From Planctomycetota bacterium (GTDB lineage Bacteria; Planctomycetota; UBA11346), in assembly GCA_038231435.1 (NCBI GenBank), contig JBBRLJ010000027.1, positions 14,517 through 78,516 of the forward strand: a stretch of 64,000 nt of DNA, written 5' to 3'. Below the pieces are notes generated by a model. It did no database searches and was not told the DNA's origin. It saw nothing but the letters and a program-made list of their open reading frames with translations. Shown piece after piece: positions 56,227 to 64,000 of this stretch. Numbering within the stretch: the first letter of the stretch is position 1; each line of letters begins with the position of its first letter. The translations under genes and the position numbers were made by a program.

Positions 56227-59112
56227 CTACTTGGTGATGAGCGGCGTCACTTCGGTGAGTGTACTCTTGTTGATCAGGTGGTGCCAGCGTTGGAACAGGA
56301 CTTGGCTGTCCCCGAGGCCAGTGCACTGCGCCGGATTCGCGTTCCACGCCGGTTTTGGCGCGCCCATCACGTCGTAGAGCGATCCATCCGGATCGATGGC
56401 GAACACCGACTCGAGATCCGCCTGCGCCACCGGGCGTTGCTTGTATTCGTCGAAGACCTCGCCGCGCACGAAGGCGCGGAAGAAGTGGCTCTGCTGGAAC
56501 ACGAAGTAGCCGCTCAGACTCCAGCGCTTGTCGCCCAGGGCCGGGTCGATCACGCGACCCTTCCCGCTCGTCGGATCCGCCGGAACGTTGCCGTTGGGAT
56601 ACGCGCTGCACCACACGATGCCATCGTCGTCAAAGTCGATGCCCTGGAAATTCGGGTACTGGGGGCTGGCGCCGAAAAAGCTCATGCGCGTGTCGTTGAG
56701 CACGAGTTCCATCTCGCGCATGTTGGCGCCGCTCAGCGGCGTCGGCGCCGCCGACATCATCTTGATATTCCGGTCCAACGAGGTTGCCGGTGGTGCGTAG
56801 AGCTTGCGGATCATCCGCTGCGGCCACCACAGCATGGGCTGATCGTAGTTCGGATGACTAGAATCGGTGTCGCAGTAGACCCCGGTCGACGGAACCATCG
56901 GGCGCGTGCCGGTCGCGAAGTCGCCCCAGTATTCGCCCATGTTGGTGATGAACAGGCGATCGACCTTCTCGACGCTGTCCAGCTGCGATGGCGATTCGTT
57001 GACGCCATCCCCGTTGGCGTCCGCGTCGATGACCGGCATCGCCACCGCCGGCGCCGGACCGCCGGGTGGATTGAGGCAGGGAGGTGGCTGGGTGGTCAAG
57101 CGATGACCGATAGGCCAGGTCACCGCGCCCAGCGTCGGGGCTCCGCCCCAGCTGGCCCCGGTCTCGCCGTGCCACGCCAGCATCGAGGACATCAAGGTGT
57201 GGATCATCGCCACGTTGACGTCCTGCCAGTAGGAATTGGGATACAGGTAGGCATTTCCGGGCGTGATGCTGTAGAAGTTCGCCGCTCCAGGCGAATGGTC
57301 GATCATCTGGCCGCCGGGGAACCGATCCGCTTTCTCGATCAGGTGCCATGGGCCGACGAGGAACATCAGCATCCCGTCGCCGAACAACGGCGAGCTCTTC
57401 ACGAACTCGTTCGAGATGTGGATGTCCTTGCCGAGATCCGGGTTCCAATCGGGTCCGGGAGTTGACGGATCCATGCCCGGGTACGGATTCGGCACATGCC
57501 ATGCGAACGGACTGGTCGCAACGGGGAGAACGTTGCGCAGCTTGCTGCCCGCGTGCACTACCGTCCAACCTGGGAGATCCGGATCGACGACCGAGTTGAA
57601 GGCGAAATTCGGCGAGCCATCGGCGAAGTCGCCTACGTAATCCGAGATGGTCTTGTGCTGGTAGAGATAGCTCCTCGGTTCGACGGGGAGATGCGCGTAC
57701 ACCATCTGCAGCAGAACCTGCGGCGTCATCGTCGGTATGTTGATCCGCCACGGACATGAGGTGTAACCTTCGTCCCACGTCGTCGGCGCGGCGACCTTCT
57801 TGGTGCCGCGACCGTACGGAGAGTAGGTATAGCACGCGAATGCGTTCGACCGGCGCTGCTGGCCGGCTGCGGCTCCTATGACTTCGTAGCTGAGCGTGGG
57901 ACCGCGCCCGCCAACGTAGCAATGCAGATACGCGGAGGCGGGCTGAGAGAACCACGGCGGAGCATCGGTATCGTAGAAGCCATCGGGTTCGCCTGCGGGA
58001 ATGGACGACAGGGATTGGTCGTAGTCGTTCAAGACCACCGGCCGTCCGGCGACGAACTTGGTGATTCCGACGCCTCCGCCGATCGGGTTCTCGCCTTGCC
58101 CGTACTGCTGCGCCCCCATGCCGCGCGCCATGTATCCGAGCGTCCATTCGTACGCACCAGCCTGGGTGCTCATGACCAGGGAGCTGAACGGATCGATCCA
58201 CTCGTCGACCAGGGCCTTGTCGATCTCCCGCGCACCGTTGTCGTCCGCCGCGGTGACCGTCCCTCCGGTCGCAGGATTGTTGACCGGCTTGGAGTAGGTG
58301 CCCGGGAAGTTGATGAACAGGTGGCCCGAGAGATCCTCGATCGCGACCGCGTAGCGCAGCCGGTAGCGCGCCGCAGCGCGCGCAGCATCAAGGGCCGCGC
58401 CAGTAGCGCCCACGCCGAGCGGCTGGAAATCCGAGTCGTAGTACAGCGGCCTGTTCACGTCCGGGGTCCAATTCTCGCCAGCGCGGATCGCCGGATCGGG
58501 GGAGGCCGCATTGGCGGGCTGCGGATGGGTGAGATGGAAGCTGACCGGTTTGCCAACCAAGTCGGAATCGTAGCACCCTGGCTCGATCCACCGGCCAAGG
58601 GTGGATGTGCGCATCTGTCCGTCGGTGATCCCGCCCCGATCCGTCTGCGAGTAGACCTCGAGCAGCGTCATGTCAGCGTTCACGTCGTTGCCGTTCGAGT
58701 CGTACGGCGTGCCCAGTCTGCCCTTCGCCTCGTTGTCCGAATTGATGGCCGTATCCCATCCGGCCTTGTAGCTGTCGATGGCGCGGAAGCCCGTATTCCA
58801 CGAGCTGGTGAGGTCGTTCCCGACCTGGTTCGGAAACCGGTAATGCGACGGCACGCGCGGCGAGCGCGCATAGGAATCGAGCAGCACCGCCATGGCATGG
58901 GCGGAGCCGGCGCGGGCGCTGGTGCGCGCGAATCGCTGCAGCGTCCCCTCGGTCGCGGTGTCGACGGCCGAGCGTCCGACGTACAGGCAGGCAAAGGCGA
59001 GGGAGACGCAGATCGCCGTCAGGCCGATGGCGACCACCAACGTGGTGCCAGAAGCCGTGGGCCTGCTCGCGGTCGTGGAGGAAGCGCGGCCGAACATCGA
59101 AGTGCACCTCAT
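56227..59112 (-). CDS. Giant (~960 aa) PilX/GspK-like pilin lacking Glu5 (cassette 3, gene 6)
   Basis: ATGA overlap; SG|TTLVVAIGLTAICVSLAF; AR..ARAG.AHA; shares ARYRLRYAV, DR.F..N.GE, ND.RMSF.GA, RGE.FD, IDPD with 5970-9392. Confidence 0.85.
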   Translation of the reverse strand: MRCTSMFGRASSTTASRPTASGTTLVVAIGLTAICVSLAFACLYVGRSAVDTATEGTLQRFARTSARAGSAHAMAVLLDSYARSPRVPSHYRFPNQVGNDLTSSWNTGFRAIDSYKAGWDTAINSDNEAKGRLGTPYDSNGNDVNADMTLLEVYSQTDRGGITDGQMRTSTLGRWIEPGCYDSDLVGKPVSFHLTHPQPANAASPDPAIRAGENWTPDVNRPLYYDSDFQPLGVGATGAALDAARAAARYRLRYAVAIEDLSGHLFINFPGTYSKPVNNPATGGTVTAADDNGAREIDKALVDEWIDPFSSLVMSTQAGAYEWTLGYMARGMGAQQYGQGENPIGGGVGITKFVAGRPVVLNDYDQSLSSIPAGEPDGFYDTDAPPWFSQPASAYLHCYVGGRGPTLSYEVIGAAAGQQRRSNAFACYTYSPYGRGTKKVAAPTTWDEGYTSCPWRINIPTMTPQVLLQMVYAHLPVEPRSYLYQHKTISDYVGDFADGSPNFAFNSVVDPDLPGWTVVHAGSKLRNVLPVATSPFAWHVPNPYPGMDPSTPGPDWNPDLGKDIHISNEFVKSSPLFGDGMLMFLVGPWHLIEKADRFPGGQMIDHSPGAANFYSITPGNAYLYPNSYWQDVNVAMIHTLMSSMLAWHGETGASWGGAPTLGAVTWPIGHRLTTQPPPCLNPPGGPAPAVAMPVIDADANGDGVNESPSQLDSVEKVDRLFITNMGEYWGDFATGTRPMVPSTGVYCDTDSSHPNYDQPMLWWPQRMIRKLYAPPATSLDRNIKMMSAAPTPLSGANMREMELVLNDTRMSFFGASPQYPNFQGIDFDDDGIVWCSAYPNGNVPADPTSGKGRVIDPALGDKRWSLSGYFVFQQSHFFRAFVRGEVFDEYKQRPVAQADLESVFAIDPDGSLYDVMGAPKPAWNANPAQCTGLGDSQVLFQRWHHLINKSTLTEVTPLITK

Positions 59113-60179
59113 GGCGTTCCCAGCTTCCAGACGGAGTGCGGCGGAGGGACCCCCGGGATGAGCGGAAAGCTGAACGAAAAGCGTTGCTTCACGTCCTGTG
59201 CGCGCGACATCAGGATCCCCGTCGGCTTCTGGCGCATCGTGAAGGCGATGCGCAGCAGCGCTGGACGTTCGCCCGAGACATCGCGGGGATCCGCCGGATC
59301 GCCGTAGGCGGCGGCGAGCGCGTACGCCCGGGCATCCACGAACAGCCCGTCGAGATCCACCTGCGTCTGCGAGCTCCACGGTGTGCCGAGCCAGGCGGAG
59401 GCGACGCCCGTGGGGTCGCGGCGGCACAGCCCGAGCGTGGGATCGAAGCGGGTCTCCCATCCCGAACAGTCGACCCACGAGAGCGAGAAATCTTCGATCC
59501 CGTACCGTGACGGGATCAAGCGCCGGCTGTTGGCTGTGAGATCGTCGGCATCGCCGCGCCAGGTCGCCACGTTCCGGCTTCGCGTCCAGTAGGCGGCCGT
59601 CATGCCTTCGATGGTGCGGTAATCGTTGTCATTCATGTCCCGCCTCCGGTCGCGGCGCGGCTGCTGCACGAAATCGAGATAGTAGACGATGGGATTCGCG
59701 ATCGGATCGGTGATATTACCCCACCACCACGAGGTCCGCCCACCGCTGGTGCGCGCGAGCAGCAGCTGCGAGCCGGTGCCCGGCGTCTTCGGCCCGTTCC
59801 AGGTCAGCTTGAACCAGTCCTGCTCGCTGAAGTCAGCGTTGCCGTTGTTGGCATACGGACCCCGATCGTTCAGATCCGGCAACGAAGTCCACCAGGTCAG
59901 CTCCACGCTCTCGTCGCCGGTACCCCAGGCGCCGTCGGCTCCAGGGCCGGCCTGGCAATGCCACGCGACGCACGGATGGGTGGCCTGGAATTTGTCTCCC
60001 ACGGTGCGCTCGAAGGTCGCCGCGGTATCGTGCATGCCGATCAGGACAGTGGTGAGCGACAAGGTGCGCGCGATGTGCGTGACCACGCCGGCGAACAGGG
60101 CGAGGAGCGTCACCGAGATCGTGGTCGAAACGAGCAGCTCGATGATGGTGAAGCCGCGGATGCGGGCGCGGTCGCTCAT
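59109..60179 (-). CDS. Prepilin-type protein, PilW/GspJ-like (cassette 3, gene 5)
   Basis: ATGA overlap; RG|FTIIELLVSTTIS; DF..SWVD; LDGLFVD; RPALLRIAF; QRFSFSF. Confidence 0.88.
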   Translation of the reverse strand: MSDRARIRGFTIIELLVSTTISVTLLALFAGVVTHIARTLSLTTVLIGMHDTAATFERTVGDKFQATHPCVAWHCQAGPGADGAWGTGDESVELTWWTSLPDLNDRGPYANNGNADFSEQDWFKLTWNGPKTPGTGSQLLLARTSGGRTSWWWGNITDPIANPIVYYLDFVQQPRRDRRRDMNDNDYRTIEGMTAAYWTRSRNVATWRGDADDLTANSRRLIPSRYGIEDFSLSWVDCSGWETRFDPTLGLCRRDPTGVASAWLGTPWSSQTQVDLDGLFVDARAYALAAAYGDPADPRDVSGERPALLRIAFTMRQKPTGILMSRAQDVKQRFSFSFPLIPGVPPPHSVWKLGTP

Positions 60180-60664
60180 GGCGCGCGCGCGCGCACGATG
60201 CGCTCCTGCAAGCGCGTGACGTGCGCTCCGCCGGTGCCCCAGTACACGTCGACCTCCACCCACGCCCAGCGCCGATCGGCAACGATGATGTCGGAGGTAT
60301 TGGAGGTCTCGGTGCGCCTGCACCAGAAACCATTGAGGTAGCCCTGCGTCGTCATCACGTAGCTGCCCGTCCAGCTGAACGGCGTGCCGCTCTGGCTCCA
60401 GCCATCGTTGTCGGCGTCGCCGACGTCCGCGGTGCATCCCAGTGGCGCATGATCGTAGAGCAGCCCCGTCGCCGTGCCCATACCGGTGTAGCGCGAGATG
60501 GTCTTGCCGGTGTAGCGGTTGGCCATGCCAAGCACGCCGATCACCGCTCCGATGCCCAGGGTGAGCACCAGCAGCACCGCCAGCACTTCGACGAGCGTGA
60601 AGCCGTCCGTCGCCTGTCCGCGATCAGGTGCGCCATCCCGTCCGCGCTTCGAGGAGCCGTTCAC
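60176..60664 (-). CDS. Prepilin-type protein, PilV/GspI-like (cassette 3, gene 4)
   Basis: GTGA overlap; DG|FTLVEVLAVLLVLTLGIGAVIG; GYLNGF; VEVDVYW. Confidence 0.88.
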   Translation of the reverse strand: MNGSSKRGRDGAPDRGQATDGFTLVEVLAVLLVLTLGIGAVIGVLGMANRYTGKTISRYTGMGTATGLLYDHAPLGCTADVGDADNDGWSQSGTPFSWTGSYVMTTQGYLNGFWCRRTETSNTSDIIVADRRWAWVEVDVYWGTGGAHVTRLQERIVRARAP

Positions 60665-62214
60665 GGTTCCTTCCACCACACCCGCTGGCTCATCATCTTC
60701 GGGTCGAGGATGTCGACGATCGGCTGGCCGGTCGGCGTGCCCGGCGTGGGAGTGTTTGCCCAACCCCAACCTGAGCTCGGGCAGAGGTTCAGATAGCCGA
60801 AATGGCAGTGGTTGTTCACGGGGTTCTGCCAGTCCGGGCTCGTGTCCAGCCACACCGCGGGATTCTCTGGCCAATATCCGCCTGGATTCGGACTAGGCGG
60901 AAGGCTCTTGAGGTAACCTTTGCGCTTCTGCACCGCGTACACCGTCACCACGCCGAAGGTCGATATCTCCACGCGCCATGCCGGAGAGATCGAATCGGCG
61001 GCTTCCTCCTCGCTAATGAACGTGTCCTGGTCGAACGGCGAGTCCGGCCCGAGTGTGATGCGGTAGCCGCCGGTGTGCTTGTCGAAGTGCGCGACTTCAG
61101 AGGTCCCCGCGCCGGGATACGGGTCGGTGAAGCAGCCGCGGTTCCCGCCCACCACGTCCACGGCACCTGTCGACTTCGCCCGATCGGGTATGCCGGAGAA
61201 CTCGTTGTAGTAGTAGGCCGTGTTGCTCGTCGGCGGCACCGTCGCCAGGTACGCGCGCCGGGCGCGGTTCCATTCGAGGTATTCGACCTCCCCATTCGGG
61301 CGGAATGAGATGCAGGCATCGAGCCAGTCGGCGTTGACCACCGGCCGCGGCTGGCCTTGCTCCCAGATCGGCCAGTTGACCTCCTTCTCGTATTCGTCGG
61401 TCATGTCGCCGTCGCCATTGATGTCCTTGTCGGCGATGATGTTGGCTCCGGTCCAAGGCGTCGCCTTGGGAAAATCCATCGCGTCCCAATCGTGATTGAC
61501 GGTGCGGCTCGATGGATTCAGGCAGCCTGTGATCGGACCGTCCGATCCTTCGTAATAGAATCCACTCTTGGGGACGGCCGTATCGTAGCCGCCCCACGGC
61601 CACAGGCGCTTGGTCGCGGGATCGAAATAGCCGAACCACGGCCTGGGGTAGGTGGTGTTGGAGTTGGCCCAGTAATAGGTGTTCCATGGCTCGCGACGCG
61701 GGCCTTCCTCGGTGTCGCTCAACGCCAGGAAGCGCACGCGGCCAGGCATGAGGACATGCGGCTCTGAGATCCACGAGCGCGCGACGTCGTCGACGAAATC
61801 CGGGAAATTCGCATACATGCCATGGCAGGTGACGTGGTCGCCGTTGACCAGCAGCTGGCCGTGCGCCAGGGGGATGTTCTCGGCGCTGCCCAGGTACGGA
61901 GCCCTGGTCCGGTGCGAAGGTCCGATCACGCGATAGTAGTGCCCGCCGCTGCGATTGTTCAGCACCTTGCCGCTGCTGCCTGGGGCGTTCTGGATGTTGA
62001 AGGCCACGCCGAAGGTCGTGTGTTCCTTGAGCGCGCGGTGGTGCGTCTCCCTGAGCACCGCGGCCAGTTCCTCGGCGGCCGCGCGCACGTCGGCGCCGCG
62101 CTGCTGCGTGGTCGTCCCCAGGGCGAACAACCCCATGAATGCCAGCGCTATGGCGATAACGACGAGGAGCTCGACCAGCGAGAAGCCCGCCCTCAAGCTC
62201 CTCGGTTCCCTCAT
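60661..62214 (-). CDS. Prepilin-type protein, GspH/FimT-like (cassette 3, gene 3)
   Basis: ATGA overlap; AG|FSLVELLVVIAI; AAEELAA; FNIQN...SSG.VLNNRSGGH. Confidence 0.9.
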   Translation of the reverse strand: MREPRSLRAGFSLVELLVVIAIALAFMGLFALGTTTQQRGADVRAAAEELAAVLRETHHRALKEHTTFGVAFNIQNAPGSSGKVLNNRSGGHYYRVIGPSHRTRAPYLGSAENIPLAHGQLLVNGDHVTCHGMYANFPDFVDDVARSWISEPHVLMPGRVRFLALSDTEEGPRREPWNTYYWANSNTTYPRPWFGYFDPATKRLWPWGGYDTAVPKSGFYYEGSDGPITGCLNPSSRTVNHDWDAMDFPKATPWTGANIIADKDINGDGDMTDEYEKEVNWPIWEQGQPRPVVNADWLDACISFRPNGEVEYLEWNRARRAYLATVPPTSNTAYYYNEFSGIPDRAKSTGAVDVVGGNRGCFTDPYPGAGTSEVAHFDKHTGGYRITLGPDSPFDQDTFISEEEAADSISPAWRVEISTFGVVTVYAVQKRKGYLKSLPPSPNPGGYWPENPAVWLDTSPDWQNPVNNHCHFGYLNLCPSSGWGWANTPTPGTPTGQPIVDILDPKMMSQRVWWKEP

Positions 62215-63191
62215 TTGAGATCTCGGGTGTACCGCTCAGCCGAGATGTTGTCGCGGTTGACGAGATCATCGCGCTGCGACTGAGCCTTGCGATCTGGCCC
62301 AGAGCTCCACAGCTCGGGCGAATTGCGCCACGCCGCGGAGGCGGTGGTCCTGATGTCGCTGGCCAGGCTGGTGGTGACGGCGCGTCCCTGCACCTGCAGT
62401 CCGTAGGCCGATTCGTTGATCGGCGCCGACTGGGTCGTCACCCACTGGCGCGGATCGTTGGTCTGCCAGCTCAGGAATCCCGGCGTGACGTATCCGTGGA
62501 CACCGGGGACGACCGGACTGACGTAGATGAGGGGCTTGCCCCAGCGATCGACGATCTGATTGCCGGAGATCTCGCTCTTGGAGATGTCCCCGGTGAGGTA
62601 GTCGCTGGCGAATCCCGGCGTGGCGGAGCTTTCCGCGGGCGACGGCACCAGCCGGCTCGCGGACTGGTCGTAGCCTCCGAACGCCTTGATGCCCTTGATC
62701 TCGAGCACTCCGGCGAAGATCGCCACCCGCGCACGGGTCGAGGCCAGACGGTTGATGTGGGCCGCGATCTCGGACTGCAGGTGCTCGCAGGCATCCGAGT
62801 CGAGCATATCGATGTGGGTGCGGTTGAGGACCATGGTACCGAAGGACGACGATGCATCGTAGCGACCGGACGCCATAGCGGCGTCGGCGCGCAGATCGGT
62901 CAGCTCTGACGCCGTCATGGCGCGGGTGAGATGGAAGCCGAGGCGGTTCGCCTCGGGGAAGCTGCCGCTGGAGTGATCCTGGTAAGGGTACGCGCCGACG
63001 TCGGCGCGGAAGGCATCGAGGGCGGTGCTCACGCGCTTGAGCAGGCCCTTGGTGTTGGTGATCGCGGCCGAACGCTTGGTGATGTTGAGCATCGGCATGA
63101 GCATGCCCACGAGCAGCATGAGGATGAGGATGACGATCAGCATCTCGATGATGGTGAACGCATTGGTGCGGGGTTGCGCCATCGGAATCAT
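62211..63191 (-). CDS. Prepilin-type protein, GspG-like with insertion (cassette 3, gene 2)
   Basis: ATGA overlap; NA|FTIIEMLIVILIL; IVDRWGKPLIYV; ELWSSGPD...VNRDNI. Confidence 0.9.
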   Translation of the reverse strand: MIPMAQPRTNAFTIIEMLIVILILMLLVGMLMPMLNITKRSAAITNTKGLLKRVSTALDAFRADVGAYPYQDHSSGSFPEANRLGFHLTRAMTASELTDLRADAAMASGRYDASSSFGTMVLNRTHIDMLDSDACEHLQSEIAAHINRLASTRARVAIFAGVLEIKGIKAFGGYDQSASRLVPSPAESSATPGFASDYLTGDISKSEISGNQIVDRWGKPLIYVSPVVPGVHGYVTPGFLSWQTNDPRQWVTTQSAPINESAYGLQVQGRAVTTSLASDIRTTASAAWRNSPELWSSGPDRKAQSQRDDLVNRDNISAERYTRDLK

Positions 63192-63844
63192 CTTTTGTCC
63201 TTGGGATAGATCCACGTCGTCGCATTGGTCCGATCCCCTGCGGTCCCCAGGCTCCAGATGTACGGATGCAGGAGCGGACCGGCGGCCACGACGGTGGTGA
63301 CCGGATCGGGCCTCAAGCCCCATTCGCGTTCGTGCGCGGCTGTCGCGTCCCAGTTCCAATCGCTGAGCGCGCCGGCAGGCAAGGCCACGCTCGGGCGCGC
63401 CACGTCGAACTGGTACGGCCGGCTCCACGGATCGAGCAGGCGGGTCGCGTCATCGCGCCGCTGCTCGGCGCCGAAATACAGGCCGATCGCCGACAGCTGG
63501 GCCAGCGCTCCCTGCCCTGGCCCGGGGATCGCCAAGACGCTGAGGGTGCCATCGCCATTGACCATCGGAAAGCGGTGACGCGGATCGTCCTGCCGGTAGG
63601 TGACCATCGCCTCGGACAGCTGGCTGATTACCTCGGCGGCCGTGTGCTTCTTGCTGCTGGTGCGCACCATGCCCACCGCCGGCAGCAGGATGCCGATGAG
63701 CGCGACGATGCAGGTCACCGCGATCATCAACTCGACGAGCGAGAACCCTGAACGCCCGCGGCTGGACGATCCGCCCGACGCGCCTGCGCTGGACGCGAGC
63801 ACCGACCGCAGTCCTGCTGCAGGTTGTAGCGACGTCAGGCCCAC
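63188..63844 (-). CDS. Prepilin-type protein, GspG-like (cassette 3, gene 1); start uncertain
   Basis: SG|FSLVELMIAVTCIVALIGILLPAV; RHRFP; LLDPWSRPY; YIWSLG; WIYPKD. Confidence 0.87.
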   Translation of the reverse strand: MGLTSLQPAAGLRSVLASSAGASGGSSSRGRSGFSLVELMIAVTCIVALIGILLPAVGMVRTSSKKHTAAEVISQLSEAMVTYRQDDPRHRFPMVNGDGTLSVLAIPGPGQGALAQLSAIGLYFGAEQRRDDATRLLDPWSRPYQFDVARPSVALPAGALSDWNWDATAAHEREWGLRPDPVTTVVAAGPLLHPYIWSLGTAGDRTNATTWIYPKDKR

Positions 63845-64000
63845 TCTCGTCCCCCGGCAGTGTGCTGGTCAAGCGGAACCCGGACTCGGGTGGTTGATTC
63901 GAACGGAGAACGAGAGTCGTCGTGTAGCTCTGCCGGCCCCCTTGACCCCTGCGCTCGCCGGGCCTGATCGCCGTGGGCGAAGGGACCGAGGCATGGGTGA

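Noticed and set aside
2764..62214. Recent gene conversion, shufflon or diversity-generating retroelement acting on the cassettes
   Set aside because: No recombinase or reverse transcriptase, no long near-identical DNA repeats noticed, and conserved peptide blocks are synonymously diverged.
1..64000. CRISPR arrays, tRNA/rRNA genes, IS elements, prophage
   Set aside because: No regularly spaced repeat-spacer pattern, cloverleaf or rRNA signature, transposase, integrase or phage gene seen.

Overview
High-GC bacterial window. The gene content (ECF sigma/FecR pair, DWG-type Ser/Thr kinase, DUF1559-like domain, CRTAC1/ASPIC-UnbV proteins, many prepilin-motif genes) suggests Planctomycetota/PVC, by inference only. 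The dominant structure is three six-gene cassettes of type IV pilin/pseudopilin-like genes (about 26 kb in total), most of them translationally coupled: cassette 1 (+, 942-9392), cassette 2 (-, 9412-19781) and cassette 3 (-, 56227-63844). Cassettes 1 and 3 are gene-for-gene paralogues (G-G-H-V/I-W/J-giant X/K). Cassette 2 has a different architecture with a ~1345-aa V/I-like pilin. No pilus or T2SS motor, secretin, prepilin peptidase or PilY1 gene is in the window. The cassettes sit among glycan-degradation genes (a partial CBM-like protein, GH42, a clan GH-A enzyme, two GH9 paralogues, ECF/FecR, AraC) with no SusC/SusD. A paired GTATATAC palindrome lies between cassette 1 and its divergent neighbour. 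A predicted exported FG-GAP/ASPIC-UnbV protein (22544-25702) carries what look like up to four tandem histone folds. The window also has an RND efflux pair, a general-stress cluster (BON, DUF3185, AI-2E), a PhyH dioxygenase and a non-RD receptor kinase. I saw no rRNA, tRNA, CRISPR array or mobile element. All family calls come from reading motifs by eye; no database search was run.
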